Positions 19,303-30,306 of a DNA stretch of 64,000 nucleotides are shown piece by piece. Every line of letters starts with the position of its first letter. The stretch's first letter is position 1. The DNA comes from Abditibacterium sp. (GTDB taxonomy: Bacteria; Armatimonadota; Abditibacteriia; Abditibacteriales; Abditibacteriaceae), in NCBI GenBank assembly GCA_965199495.1, contig CBDASK010000003.1:2208001-2272000 (forward strand). The letters run 5' to 3'. Below the pieces are notes generated by a model. It saw only the letters and a list, made by a program, of their open reading frames with translations, ran no database searches and was not told where the DNA came from. The translations under genes and the position numbers were made by a program.

Positions 19303-19509
19303 TTTTTTCTTTGCCGTCGGTCAGCCTGTCAGGATGCGATAGTCACGTATCTGCCGAAATGTATGGAATAAACGGAAGACCTCGCGATAATTGCGGTATT
19401 CAGTGAAGATTTCATTTTCATTCCATGCGTCCGTTGGTAGGTTTGGCGCGTTTATATTGGCGATGTGCCCTCGCGATTTGTCGCGTCAAATTTTCCATTT
19501 TTCCCGATT

Positions 19510-21609
19510 ATGAATTCCCGTTACGTTCGGCCCACCGTTTTTCTCTGTGGAGCGTTGTTGGTCGGCGCGCAATCGGCGCCCTTTGTTCGCGCGCAAGCTC
19601 TTCCTGTTAATGCGCCGACGGGCGCGGATTTGGCCAGCCGCATGAGTGGCGATTTGCGCGCGCGTTTGGAAAAAGGCACCGATTTGCTCAACGAGGGCGA
19701 TGCGAGCAGTGCGGGCGAACTGCGCGACATCGCGCAAAGCGCGTTGAAGACGTTGCAAAGCACCACCAAAACCGATGTTTTGAGCGCCAAACCCGGCAGT
19801 TTGCCGGGCGATGCCGTCACCGCCGGGCTGGCCGAACAGACCGCGCGCGCCCACTATCTGTGGGGCGTGGCTGCCACGCGCTTCGCGAAACGCGACGAAG
19901 CGATTACAGCGCTGGCGCGCGCGCGCCGTTTGGTTGGTGCCTCGGCGGGCGCCGACCAAAACAGCACTTTGCTGCGCGACATCAACCTCGAACTGAACAA
20001 AGTTTTGGGCGACGGCTTGCCCTTGATTGCGCCGACCGATGTTTTGGCCGACATCGCGCAATTGGTTCACGGCGATTCGTGGACGCCGCGCTCGTTCGAG
20101 TTTGCCGAAAGAAATCAGGCAATCGGCGGCCCTTCCGTTCAAAGTGCGGATGGCGAACAATTGTTGGTGACCGACGGCCAGCTTTTCCCGCCGCCTTTGC
20201 CCGGCGCGAACGACATCGCGCCGCGCACACCCGCGCTTTATAGTTCGCTCGATGCCACACAGTTGCCCGCTTCGCTCAAACTCAACAAAATGGTCGCCGG
20301 TTATGCGCGCCAAGCGGATGGCCCCAACCAAGGCCAATGGCGCCAAGTCGTGCGCGTTTTTTACGCCTCGGAGCGCCTGACGCAAGAAAAGCGTGCCGAC
20401 TTGCCGCGCGCGCGCGCTTTGGCCGAACAATTCCTCAAAGTTCACCAATATTACGAGAATGAACTGGGTCTTTCCAACTTGTATGCGCAGGGCGACCGCG
20501 ACGCTGGCGTGACAACTTTGTGGCTGCTGGAAGTTTCGGCGTTGTGGCCGCAAGACGATAAAGACCCGCGCGTTCTGGCGCAATTGGGGCCGCTGATGCC
20601 CTCGGTTAACACCGGCAAAACCACGCTCAACTCCGCGCCCGAAACCACAGCGCTGATGCGTCCGTGGACGCCGATTGCGGGCAACGTGGACAGCGCGCCC
20701 GGCGAAATCCTGTTTTGGAAAGCCGGATTGGAGCGCCCCGAAGCCGAGTGGCTGCGCGAGCTGTTCCACGAATACGGTCACGTCGCGCTGCCGCCCATCG
20801 GCGGTTTTCGCCCGCCGCTCGAAGCCTACGCCAACGGCTTCATGGGCGAAACGCTGGGCATGATGTGGGCCGCCCAATCGCCCGCCGAATTCGCGCTGTG
20901 GGTGCAGGATAACTCGGCCCTGTCGGATTTCGCGCCGCGTGCCATCGCAACAGCAGCTACGGCGAACGCTGCGATTAAAACCGACGCGATGCAAACCGAT
21001 TTGCGCGCGGGTTTCGCCGAGCATCTGCAAACTCACGCCATTCCCGCGCGCGCGTTGTTCGTGGCCAACGGCCCCAACTCGCCCATCGCCGAAGCGGGCG
21101 ATGAGCGCGCCTTGCTTTACGTCAGCGGCCTCGCCGTGATGCTGGAGCGCGTTTATGGTGCGCCCATGCTGGGCCGCGCGTTCCAGCCGTTGGCCCAAAG
21201 CGCCAGCCAAACGGTGGGCGCCGCCGCCCGCCGTGGCTTGTTGCGTCCGGGCAACTTATTTAGTTCCATCGAAACAACATGGCAATCGCCGTGGCAAGCC
21301 GATAAAACGTTGCCGATTTGGTTGCCGGGCGCGATGAACGTCAAATTAGAAGCGCAAACTTTGGTCAATCGCGGCGCGGTTACTTTGCCCAAAGGCGCGC
21401 GCGCTAACGTCTGGCTGTGGGTGCCGCCGGGCACCGCCGAACTGCGCATCGAAGGCAAAGGCGCCGGAAATTTGAGCGCCTTGGGCACGCCCTTCGCCGC
21501 CAAAGGCGACTTGGCGCGCGTTTATTTCGCGGGTAATGGCTGGCAGAAATTTACTCTGGTCGCGCAAGATAACGCGACAATTAGCGCGTCGAAGTTTTTG
21601 CGCAAGTAA
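19510..21609 (+). CDS. Exported protein with TPR-like N-region and HExxH motif (possible zinc metallopeptidase)
   Basis: Signal peptide ..FVRA; AHYLWG..A...AKRDEAI.AL.RA; ELFHEYGH. Confidence 0.7.
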   Translation: MNSRYVRPTVFLCGALLVGAQSAPFVRAQALPVNAPTGADLASRMSGDLRARLEKGTDLLNEGDASSAGELRDIAQSALKTLQSTTKTDVLSAKPGSLPGDAVTAGLAEQTARAHYLWGVAATRFAKRDEAITALARARRLVGASAGADQNSTLLRDINLELNKVLGDGLPLIAPTDVLADIAQLVHGDSWTPRSFEFAERNQAIGGPSVQSADGEQLLVTDGQLFPPPLPGANDIAPRTPALYSSLDATQLPASLKLNKMVAGYARQADGPNQGQWRQVVRVFYASERLTQEKRADLPRARALAEQFLKVHQYYENELGLSNLYAQGDRDAGVTTLWLLEVSALWPQDDKDPRVLAQLGPLMPSVNTGKTTLNSAPETTALMRPWTPIAGNVDSAPGEILFWKAGLERPEAEWLRELFHEYGHVALPPIGGFRPPLEAYANGFMGETLGMMWAAQSPAEFALWVQDNSALSDFAPRAIATAATANAAIKTDAMQTDLRAGFAEHLQTHAIPARALFVANGPNSPIAEAGDERALLYVSGLAVMLERVYGAPMLGRAFQPLAQSASQTVGAAARRGLLRPGNLFSSIETTWQSPWQADKTLPIWLPGAMNVKLEAQTLVNRGAVTLPKGARANVWLWVPPGTAELRIEGKGAGNLSALGTPFAAKGDLARVYFAGNGWQKFTLVAQDNATISASKFLRK

Positions 21610-21633
21610 AAGTTGAATGTCGCATCTGTGAAA

Positions 21634-21720
21634 ACGCAAAAACAGAACCCGGAGCGGAAGCGACGTGGCCAAAGTTACATTTAAGCCACGTCGCTTCCGC
21701 TCTGGGTTCTGTTTTTGCGT
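21634..21720. repeat. Inverted-repeat element, family A copy 2 (36-bp arms)
   Basis: acgcaaaaacagaacccggagcggaagcgacgtggc / gccacgtcgcttccgctctgggttctgtttttgcgt; between convergent genes. Confidence 0.9.
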
Positions 21721-21745
21721 AAGTCCTTACTAAAACTGGCCTTCA

Positions 21746-22075
21746 TCAATCCGCCGCGATTTCATCGGCGATTTGGCTCATCGCGATTTCGTTCGTCAAA
21801 ATTTTGTCCACGCCCGCCGTTCTCGCCGTGCGCCATAATTCGACTTCGCGATGACCGCAAAACGCCCAAATTTTCGCTCCATCAAACCGTTCGCGTAGCG
21901 TCGCGATTTGCGAGGCTCCGTCGAGCGAGCGCGAACCCAAATTGAAAACGACGAAATCAAATTTGCCGGATTCAGGCGCCAAACGGCCCGATTTAACGGT
22001 GTGCCCGGCGGCGCGCAAATTGTTTTCGATGCGCATGGCGCTCATCAAATTGTCATCTAAAAGCAGGATGTTCAT
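21746..22075 (-). CDS. Stand-alone atypical receiver-domain protein
   Basis: MNILLLDDN, FDFVVFNL (Asn at the phospho-Asp position), ARTAGVDKIL. Confidence 0.7.
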   Translation of the reverse strand: MNILLLDDNLMSAMRIENNLRAAGHTVKSGRLAPESGKFDFVVFNLGSRSLDGASQIATLRERFDGAKIWAFCGHREVELWRTARTAGVDKILTNEIAMSQIADEIAAD

Positions 22076-22086
22076 GGGAAATTTGA

Positions 22087-23034
22087 TTAATCCGCGCGCA
22101 AAACGTTGATTGTGGCGACGACGCTTTCGCCCAGCGCATCCAAATTGTAACCGCCTTCCAAAATTGCGACTAACTTGCCGTCGCACAACTCGTCGGCCCA
22201 ATTTTTCGTAGCGGCGACCAAATCGGCGAAATCGGCGGCTTCAAGCTGCATCGAAGCCAGTGGGTCTTGCGCGTGCGCATCGAAGCCCGCCGAAAGCAGA
22301 ATCAGTTGCGGCTGGAAAGCGCGCACCTGTCCGCCGACCTGTTGCCAGATTTGCCGGTAGATTTCGCCGTCGCTACCCGGCGAGAGCGGATAATTGATCG
22401 TCGCGCCTTCGCCCGCTCTGCTGCCGGTTTCGCCGCGCGAACCGGTGCTGGGAAAGAGCGGCGATTGGTGCAGCGACACGAAAAGCACGCTTGGATCGTC
22501 ATAAAAGATTTGCTGCGTGCCGTTGCCGTGATGCACATCGAAATCGAGAATCGCCACGCGTTCGATATTGGCTTCGCTTTGCGCCCAACGAGCAGCCACG
22601 GCGATGTGATCGAACAGGCAAAAGCCCCACGGCGAATCGGAATCGGCGCCGCTTTCGGCGTGATGGCCGGGCGGACGCGCCGCCACAAACGCGTTGTCGA
22701 ACTCGCCATTCAGCACCGCGCGCGTCGCGGCGATGGCGGCGCCGCTCGCCAGTTTCGCGACTTCAAACGAATGCGGCCCCACGTTCGTATCGCCGTCGAG
22801 CCAACCGTCGCCCGCGCGCGCCAGCTCTTTGACGCGCTCGATGTGCATCCGCGTGTGGCAGCGCGCCAAGTCGTTTTCGCTCGCGCTCTCGAACGTCGGA
22901 TGCGCCAATTCGTCCCACAAACCGGCTTCGCGCAGAGCGGAGTTGATGGCTTCCAAACGCTCCGGGCGTTCGGGATGGCCCGCGCCGTTGAAGTGCAGCG
23001 CGAAATCGGGATGCGTGTAAAATGCGGTCTTCAT
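22087..23034 (-). CDS. Histone deacetylase family protein
   Basis: GHPERPERL, RPPGHHA, DFDVHHGNGT, SAGFDAH and LEGGY motifs. Confidence 0.95.
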   Translation of the reverse strand: MKTAFYTHPDFALHFNGAGHPERPERLEAINSALREAGLWDELAHPTFESASENDLARCHTRMHIERVKELARAGDGWLDGDTNVGPHSFEVAKLASGAAIAATRAVLNGEFDNAFVAARPPGHHAESGADSDSPWGFCLFDHIAVAARWAQSEANIERVAILDFDVHHGNGTQQIFYDDPSVLFVSLHQSPLFPSTGSRGETGSRAGEGATINYPLSPGSDGEIYRQIWQQVGGQVRAFQPQLILLSAGFDAHAQDPLASMQLEAADFADLVAATKNWADELCDGKLVAILEGGYNLDALGESVVATINVLRAD

Positions 23035-23051
23035 CGGGGAGTTTGCAATAT

Positions 23052-23270
23052 GTTTAAAGAGGGCGAATTTTTGAGGCACTGGTGGCCCCCTCCCCAGCCC
23101 TCCCCCGTTCCGGGAGAGGGAGCTACTTGCAAGAGAGTAAAAATCACTCTAACTAACTTTGAACAAAGTTGAACGAACATTATAATTTTCTCGAATGTGC
23201 TCCCTCTCCCGGAACGGGGGAGGACTGGGGAGGGGGCCACCAGTGCCTCAAAAATTCGCCCTCTTTAAAC
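23052..23270. repeat. Inverted-repeat element, family F (72-bp arms containing CCCTCCCCC-GGGAGAGGG hairpins)
   Basis: 23052-23123 vs 23199-23270, 1 mismatch; AT-rich 75-bp spacer. Confidence 0.93.
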
Positions 23271-23289
23271 CCAAAACTCAATCGCTGCC

Positions 23290-24156
23290 CTAACCAATCG
23301 CGAGGTTATCAATCAAGCGCGTTTTGCCGACGAAGACCGCCGCCAATAAGCGCGCTGGTTCGTCGCCCAACGTTTCCAGCGAATTGAGCGTTTGCGCGTC
23401 CACGACCGCGATATATTGTGGGCGCAAGAGCGGTTGCGTTTCCAAAACGGCGCCGACGGCTTCGCCGATTTTGGACACGTCGCGCTCGCCATTTTTGGCC
23501 CATTGCACGCCGGTTTGCAGCGCCTGATAAATCGTGGCGGCGGCGGCGCGTTCTGGGGGCGAAAGATAGGCGTTGCGGCTCGACATCGCCAGCCCATCGG
23601 CTTCGCGCAACGTCGGAACGGGCACGATTTCCAGATCGAAATTGAGGTCGCGCACCATCGTTTGCACGACGCGTAGTTGCTGGAAATCTTTCTCGCCGAA
23701 ATACGCTCGGTGTGGATTCGTGATATTGAACAATTTGGCGACGACCGTCGCCATGCCGCGAACGTGGCCGGGGCGCGTGACGCCTTCCCACATCTCGTCG
23801 AACGGCGAAACCTCGACATAACAACCGTGCCCATTCTCGCGCCCTTCGCTCGAATCGCCATACATCGCGCTGGCGTCGGGCGCAAAAATCGCGTCGCAAC
23901 CGGCCTCGCGCAGCAAGTCGCAATCGCGCTCGAAAGGGCGCGGGTAGGCGTCCAAATCTTCGTTTGGCCCAAACTGTTTGGGATTGACGAAAATCGAAGC
24001 GATAAAGCGCTCGTTTTCGGCGCGCGCGCGACGGCACAGTTCGAGATGGCCTTCGTGCAACGCGCCCATCGTCGGCACGAAACCGATGCTTTGTCCGGCA
24101 CAGCGCCAATGGCAAATCATCTGCTGCATCGCTTTGGGTTGAGTCAAAATTTCCAT
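23290..24156 (-). CDS. panC: Pantoate-beta-alanine ligase
   Basis: VPTMGALHEGH, SIFVNPKQF, YFGEKDFQQ, DGLAMSSRN and TRLIDN motifs. Confidence 0.96.
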   Translation of the reverse strand: MEILTQPKAMQQMICHWRCAGQSIGFVPTMGALHEGHLELCRRARAENERFIASIFVNPKQFGPNEDLDAYPRPFERDCDLLREAGCDAIFAPDASAMYGDSSEGRENGHGCYVEVSPFDEMWEGVTRPGHVRGMATVVAKLFNITNPHRAYFGEKDFQQLRVVQTMVRDLNFDLEIVPVPTLREADGLAMSSRNAYLSPPERAAAATIYQALQTGVQWAKNGERDVSKIGEAVGAVLETQPLLRPQYIAVVDAQTLNSLETLGDEPARLLAAVFVGKTRLIDNLAIG

Positions 24157-24186
24157 GATTTTATCCGAGAATCCCCACATTTTTAA

Positions 24187-24321
24187 TTGTCATTCTGAGC
24201 GTAGAGAGGAACGAACGAAGTCGAAGAATCCATAAAGTGAAAGTTGCTTTAAATTTTTGCGGCGCCTCAAACGCATGAATTCTTCGACTTCGTTCGTTCC
24301 TCTCTACGCTCAGAATGACAA
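24187..24321. repeat. Inverted-repeat element, family C copy 2
   Basis: ttgtcattctgagcgtagagaggaacgaacgaagtcgaagaat and its reverse complement, between panB and panC. Confidence 0.95.
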
Positions 24322-24336
24322 CATTGGACATAAAAA

Positions 24337-25200
24337 TTAAAACGGTTGTTCGTCCAACGGCTGCGTTTGGGCGGCTTCGTCCCACAATTGCAACTCTTCG
24401 TCGCTCATTTCCCAGCCGTGTTGCGGTTCGGGAAATGAGCGCGTTTGCACTTGCGTGACATAGGCGCCAATCGCTTCATTCCACAGATGCGCGGTGTCAA
24501 CAAAACTTTTGGCGAAACGAAAATTACGCGGCGTCAAACCCATCGCGTCGTTCCACACCAAAATTTGGCCGTCGCAACTCGCGCCCGCGCCAATTCCAAT
24601 TGTCGCAATCGTCGCGGCGCCGGTAATGCGCGCCGCGACAACCGTCGTCATCGCTTCCAAAACAAGGGCAAACGCGCCGCGATTTTCGATCCACTGCGCT
24701 TGCTCCAACAACTGCGCGCCCTCCATCGCGGTGCGGCCCTGCACGACGTTATCGAATTTTAACACCGATTGCGGCGTGAAGCCGATGTGTCCCATGACCG
24801 GCACGCCGATTTCGCTCAATTTCTCGAAAACTCCGGCGGGCGTGCCCTCGACTTTGACGGCGTGCGCGCCCGCTTGTAGCAACCTTACCGCGCCCGTGGC
24901 TGCTAATTCGGGCGTGGCCGCGCTGCCAAAGGGCATATCGGCGATGATAGCCACGTCGGGTCGTTGCGACGCGCGCACGCCGCGCGCGACGGCGCCCGTA
25001 TGAAGCGCGATGTCGTCGAGCGTGACCGGCAACGTCGAATCGTAACCGAGCAGAGTATTGCCCATCGAGTCGCCGACCAAAATCGCGTCGAGTCCGGCGT
25101 TGCAAGCGATGCGCGCGCTGGGCGCGTCGTAGAGCGCGAGCATGGACAGGGGAACGGAATCGCGTTTCTTGCGCGCGAAAATTTGCAGCGGTGATAACAT
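24337..25200 (-). CDS. panB: 3-methyl-2-oxobutanoate hydroxymethyltransferase
   Basis: LVGDS, ADMPFGS, VKVEG, MGHIGFTPQ and IGIGAG..CDGQILV motifs. Confidence 0.95.
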   Translation of the reverse strand: MLSPLQIFARKKRDSVPLSMLALYDAPSARIACNAGLDAILVGDSMGNTLLGYDSTLPVTLDDIALHTGAVARGVRASQRPDVAIIADMPFGSAATPELAATGAVRLLQAGAHAVKVEGTPAGVFEKLSEIGVPVMGHIGFTPQSVLKFDNVVQGRTAMEGAQLLEQAQWIENRGAFALVLEAMTTVVAARITGAATIATIGIGAGASCDGQILVWNDAMGLTPRNFRFAKSFVDTAHLWNEAIGAYVTQVQTRSFPEPQHGWEMSDEELQLWDEAAQTQPLDEQPF

Positions 25201-25337
25201 GAAGCGCCACGCAGTTTAACGCGCGTAGGCCAAGAGGCCCGACAAATTTTGCGGCTCGATAATCAATCGATCTTGGAAAACTACGGCAAAACTGAATTGA
25301 TGAATGAGACTATTGAAGACAAAATTTATCAAATATT

Positions 25338-26297
25338 TCACAAACCAATGCGAAACGCATGGATGACGCGGCCCCAAAAACTGGAGTTTTCGGTTGCGGT
25401 GAGCGGTTGCGATTGCGCTTCGGCGTGATTCAAGGGCGAACGCTCTTGCATCGTGTAAGAGTAGGGATCGTGAGGATGGAGCGCGTTCAATTTGCGGCGC
25501 ACTGCCGCGTTGCCGGGTTGCAGAGCCAGCGCTTGCTCCCACATCGGAAAGGCGCGGTCTTCGCGGCCCAACTGAAGATAAAAATCGCCCAGCAGTTCGC
25601 GGGCGGGCACGTTGCGAAAATCAACGCGCAACACGTCGTGGCAAATCGCGATGGCTTCGCTCGTGCGGCCTTCCCGATGGAACAGGCGCGCGGCCTCGGA
25701 CAATTGGCGGCGGGCCGACGGAGTGGCACTGCGCTTTTTGTCTTCGCGCCGCATCCGGCGCAATTGGGCGCGCTCCTGACGGCTCGTTTTCTTCTCCTGC
25801 GCCGTCAGATGCTTGCGCGTTGGTCGCGTCCAAATCTGTTGGGCGCGCTCGCGACGATCTCGCTCCAACGCTTGCTGCTCCATTCGCTTCAACTGGTGCG
25901 CTCGTTGTTCGGGCGTGAGCGGCGGCGTGGCTCTTTGCTTCGTCGCTTTGGTTTTTGTTCCCTTGCGCTGCGCCTGCGCTCTCAAAACATCGCTCATATG
26001 CGCCTGCTGCCCGCGCGCGGCTTGCGCCTGTATCTGTGCGCGCAGTGCCTCTTGCTGGCGTCGCGCGAATTCGATCTGCTCGATTTGCAGGCGCGCATCG
26101 AGAACGGCGCGCCGCTCGGCATCGCTCACGATATGCCACGCCCAGTTGATTTTTACCATGCGCTCGCTCGCCAATGCGCGCGCGGCCTCATCGGGCGCGC
26201 AGTCGGGATGATGAACGCGCACCAAACGACGATAGGAAGCCCGAATCTTCGCCAACTCGGCGTTCGCTGGCACTTCCAAAACGTGGTAAGGGTTCAT
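25338..26297 (-). CDS. J-domain protein with C-terminal TPR
   Basis: NPYHVLEV..., HPD motif, INWAW; TPR helices near the C-terminus. Confidence 0.85.
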   Translation of the reverse strand: MNPYHVLEVPANAELAKIRASYRRLVRVHHPDCAPDEAARALASERMVKINWAWHIVSDAERRAVLDARLQIEQIEFARRQQEALRAQIQAQAARGQQAHMSDVLRAQAQRKGTKTKATKQRATPPLTPEQRAHQLKRMEQQALERDRRERAQQIWTRPTRKHLTAQEKKTSRQERAQLRRMRREDKKRSATPSARRQLSEAARLFHREGRTSEAIAICHDVLRVDFRNVPARELLGDFYLQLGREDRAFPMWEQALALQPGNAAVRRKLNALHPHDPYSYTMQERSPLNHAEAQSQPLTATENSSFWGRVIHAFRIGL

Positions 26298-26416
26298 GGG
26301 AAAAGGATGAAATTGGGGCTTTTCTCAAAGGTCTATTTTAGCAGGGCTTGCGTTTTCTTCCAATCGGTTATTTTCTTCGTTTCCCGATTGGACGCGATGT
26401 GGACTGTGCGCAAAGT

Positions 26417-27895
26417 TTATTGTTTCATTAGATCGTCCAACTGGCGTCCGTAATCGCCCACGACACCCATCGCCAGCGAGCCGACGTAGAGGGCGACGCA
26501 CAAAAACGCGATGATTCCCAAAACGGGAACCGCCTGTTTTATCGTGGTTTCGGCGTTAGTTTCCAGGAAATCGGCGGCTTTATCGAGTTGCGTATCCAAG
26601 TCGCCGCTTTCCTCGCCGATGCGCATCATCTGCAAGGCGAGCGGATTGAAAACGCGCGTTTCCTTCATGCACTGCGTCAGGGGGGCGCCCGCGTTGAGTT
26701 GAGGAATCGTGGCGAGTGCGCGCTCAGCCACGGCGCGGTTGCCGCAGGCTTGCGCGCCCAATCGCACGGCTTCGCTTGGCCCGACGCCCGCGCTATAAAG
26801 CGCGCCCAGCGCGCGGCAAAACTTCGCCGAAGCCAACGCGCGCGCGGTTTTGCCGACGATGGGCACCAGCAATTTGATTTCGTCGTAAGTTTTGGCGGGC
26901 GAAAAACCGCCGACTTTGTAATCGTTAATGCGCGAGGTAAACGCCGGTTTGACATAGTGCCAAACTTTGATCGCGATGTAAAGCAGCGCGAGGACGATAA
27001 GGGGCGGCAAGACTTGGCGCAAAAACGCTTGAAAACCGACCAGCACCCAAGGCACGACGCCGGGAATCAAAATCGAGCAAAAAACGATGAGTTTGGGATA
27101 CCATGTTTCGCGTTTGATGGCCTGTTGCAACTGGTAATCTCGCTCGGCGTAGTCGGCCAATCGGGTAAACGAACGCTCCAAAAATCCGCCGCGCTCGCCC
27201 GCTCTGGTGATGCCGATCATGAGCGGGCTGAACAGGCCGGGAAACGCTTCCATGCTTTCCGAAACCGGCCCGCCGGTCAGCGCGCGCCGCGACATTTCCA
27301 CGCTCGCCGTGCGCAGACTGTTGTTGGCCGCGTTTTCCGACATCGTTTGCAACGCGCCGCCGATGCCCGTGCCCGCGTGCATCAGCGCGGCGAGTTGGCG
27401 AAAAAAGTTGGATAAATCTTGAGCGGACGCGTGCAAAAACGGCTGATTGACAAGGGGCGCCGCCGCCGATTGTCCCATCGGTCGCGCAGAGTTCGGATGC
27501 GTCATCGGATGCGCGGGCGGAGCGGGCGCCGCCGTGACCGGATCGAAGCGCGGCGCCGGGTGGAGCGGTTTATGGATGTTCAACGGCGCGCCACTGACCG
27601 GATTGGCCGCCGAATTTATCGGTGGCCCGGTCGGCGTGGCTGCTCTTTCGACGTTGATACTTTCGGCGGGCGAATTTAATGTCGCAACGCCGCCGTTTTG
27701 CGCCGAATTATTAATCGGTGCGCGCGGGCGCAACGGCGCGGCACTTTGGGCGCGCGCCGTGCGCGCTTCGAGCCGGTTGATGAAAAGCCCTTCCGCGCGC
27801 AACGCGTCGAGCGCCGAACTGCGGTCGGCGGCATCGCGGGTGCCGCGCACAATGCGCCCATCAACGGTGCGCGCTTCGTAATTCCAAGTCGCCAT
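26417..27895 (-). CDS. Type II secretion F / PilC-family inner-membrane platform protein
   Basis: FFRQLA..AG, AGERGGFL..F.RLADY, YP and IGEESGDLD..L.KAADF motifs; Pro-rich linker. Confidence 0.9.
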   Translation of the reverse strand: MATWNYEARTVDGRIVRGTRDAADRSSALDALRAEGLFINRLEARTARAQSAAPLRPRAPINNSAQNGGVATLNSPAESINVERAATPTGPPINSAANPVSGAPLNIHKPLHPAPRFDPVTAAPAPPAHPMTHPNSARPMGQSAAAPLVNQPFLHASAQDLSNFFRQLAALMHAGTGIGGALQTMSENAANNSLRTASVEMSRRALTGGPVSESMEAFPGLFSPLMIGITRAGERGGFLERSFTRLADYAERDYQLQQAIKRETWYPKLIVFCSILIPGVVPWVLVGFQAFLRQVLPPLIVLALLYIAIKVWHYVKPAFTSRINDYKVGGFSPAKTYDEIKLLVPIVGKTARALASAKFCRALGALYSAGVGPSEAVRLGAQACGNRAVAERALATIPQLNAGAPLTQCMKETRVFNPLALQMMRIGEESGDLDTQLDKAADFLETNAETTIKQAVPVLGIIAFLCVALYVGSLAMGVVGDYGRQLDDLMKQ

Positions 27896-28098
27896 AAGCG
27901 AAGTTTAAATGTTTTACCGCGCGCGAGTTGCAAAAATTATGGCAATTTCATCAAAAATTTCGTTTGACGCGCTCCATCGCCACTCGCGCTGTCTTTCGCG
28001 AAGGCGCTCATCCAAAGCGGCACGAGTTTTCCTCCGCTTCAACGGCGCAACACGCGCGAGAACAGAAAAAATCTGTTTGACACGGCGAAATCATCACT

Positions 28099-29085
<987 letters not shown>

Positions 29086-29099
29086 AATCTTTAAATCCC

Positions 29100-29690
29100 A
29101 TGCAAACTAACGTCATCATTCCCGACCGTCTGCTTACTATCGAAGGTTTTTTCTCGCCCGATGAATGCGCCCAACACATCGCGCGCAGTGAGGGCGAAGG
29201 CTACGAAGCCGCCACGATTTCGACGCGCGGCGGCGCCGTAATGAACACCGCGATTCGCAATAACGACCGCCTTATAGCCGACGATCCCGAACTGGCGCAG
29301 ACGTTGTGGCAACGCGTCCAACCTTTCGTGCCGTCGCCGTTGTTCGAGCGCGAAGCCATTGGCCTCAACGAGCGGTTGCGTTATTATCGCTATGAACCGG
29401 GCCAAACTTTCAAGCCGCATCAAGACGGCAGTTTCAAGCGCGAAAATGGCGAAAAAAGTCAGGTCACTTTCATGGTCTATCTCAACGATGGCTTTGGCGG
29501 CGGCTCGACCAACTTCGATTTGCGCTATCCCCACGGCGAAGTCGAAGTCGTGCCGCGCGCGGGCATGGCGCTGTTGTTCGTTCATTCGTTTCGCCATGAA
29601 GGCGCCGTCGTGACGAGCGGCGCCAAATACGTTTTAAGATCGGACGTGATGTATAGCGCGGCAGAGGATGACTCGGCGGACGAGGATTAA
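29100..29690 (+). CDS. 2OG-Fe(II) oxygenase (prolyl-hydroxylase-like)
   Basis: GLNERLRYYRY, HQD, YLND..GGST, HEG and KYVLRSD motifs. Confidence 0.9.
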   Translation: MQTNVIIPDRLLTIEGFFSPDECAQHIARSEGEGYEAATISTRGGAVMNTAIRNNDRLIADDPELAQTLWQRVQPFVPSPLFEREAIGLNERLRYYRYEPGQTFKPHQDGSFKRENGEKSQVTFMVYLNDGFGGGSTNFDLRYPHGEVEVVPRAGMALLFVHSFRHEGAVVTSGAKYVLRSDVMYSAAEDDSADED

Positions 29691-29693
29691 ACT

Positions 29694-29731
29694 TCACGAG
29701 AGGTTCACGGTTGGCTCACGCGTAATTCACG
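29694..29731 (+). promoter_or_regulatory. Four TCACG direct repeats at exact 11-bp spacing (OmpR/PhoB-type binding array)
   Basis: TCACG at 29694, 29705, 29716 and 29727, directly upstream of msrA. Confidence 0.6.
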
Positions 29732-29766
29732 GCACGAAAAGCGGTTTGGAACGTCTTTTTTGTCCT

Positions 29767-30306
29767 ATGTCAAATATACAAACCGCGACTTTGGCCGCTG
29801 GCTGTTTCTGGTGTGTCGAAGCCGTTTTCGACCAATTGCAAGGCGCCACCGATGTCGTTTCGGGCTACTCCGGCGGGCACACGGCCAATCCGACGTATAA
29901 ACAGGTCTGCTCCGAAACCACCGGCCACGCCGAGGCCGTGCAAATCCAGTTCGACGCCGATGTAATTTCGTTCGCTGATATTTTGCGCGTTTATTTCACC
30001 GTTCACGACCCGACGCAACTCAATCGTCAGGGCAACGATGTCGGCGAATCGTATCGTAGCGCGATTTTCTTTCACGACGCCGAGCAGGAAAAAACCGCGC
30101 GCGAAATCATTCAAGAAGTCGAGGACGAAGGTTTGTATGCGGGGAAAATCGTGACCGAAGTCACGGCGTTTACCAACTTTTATCCCGCCGAAGATTATCA
30201 TCAGGAATATTTCGCCAACAATCCGTATCAAGGCTATTGTATGGCCATCGTCGCGCCCAAAGTGCGCAAATTTCGCCAGAAATATACCGACCGCTTAAAA
30301 AAATAA
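29767..30306 (+). CDS. msrA: Peptide methionine sulfoxide reductase A
   Basis: GCFWC, GHAEAV, HDPTQLNRQGND and AEDYHQ..Y...YC motifs. Confidence 0.96.
   Translation: MSNIQTATLAAGCFWCVEAVFDQLQGATDVVSGYSGGHTANPTYKQVCSETTGHAEAVQIQFDADVISFADILRVYFTVHDPTQLNRQGNDVGESYRSAIFFHDAEQEKTAREIIQEVEDEGLYAGKIVTEVTAFTNFYPAEDYHQEYFANNPYQGYCMAIVAPKVRKFRQKYTDRLKK

Noticed and set aside
23031..23387. Paired ORFs sharing 'APSPGTGE.WGGGHQCLKNSPSLN'
   Set aside because: Produced by the two arms of the family F inverted repeat
27927..27945. Sigma54-like site upstream of the PilC-family gene (TGCCATAATTTTTGCA, minus strand)
   Set aside because: The invariant -24 GG is GC; insufficient support
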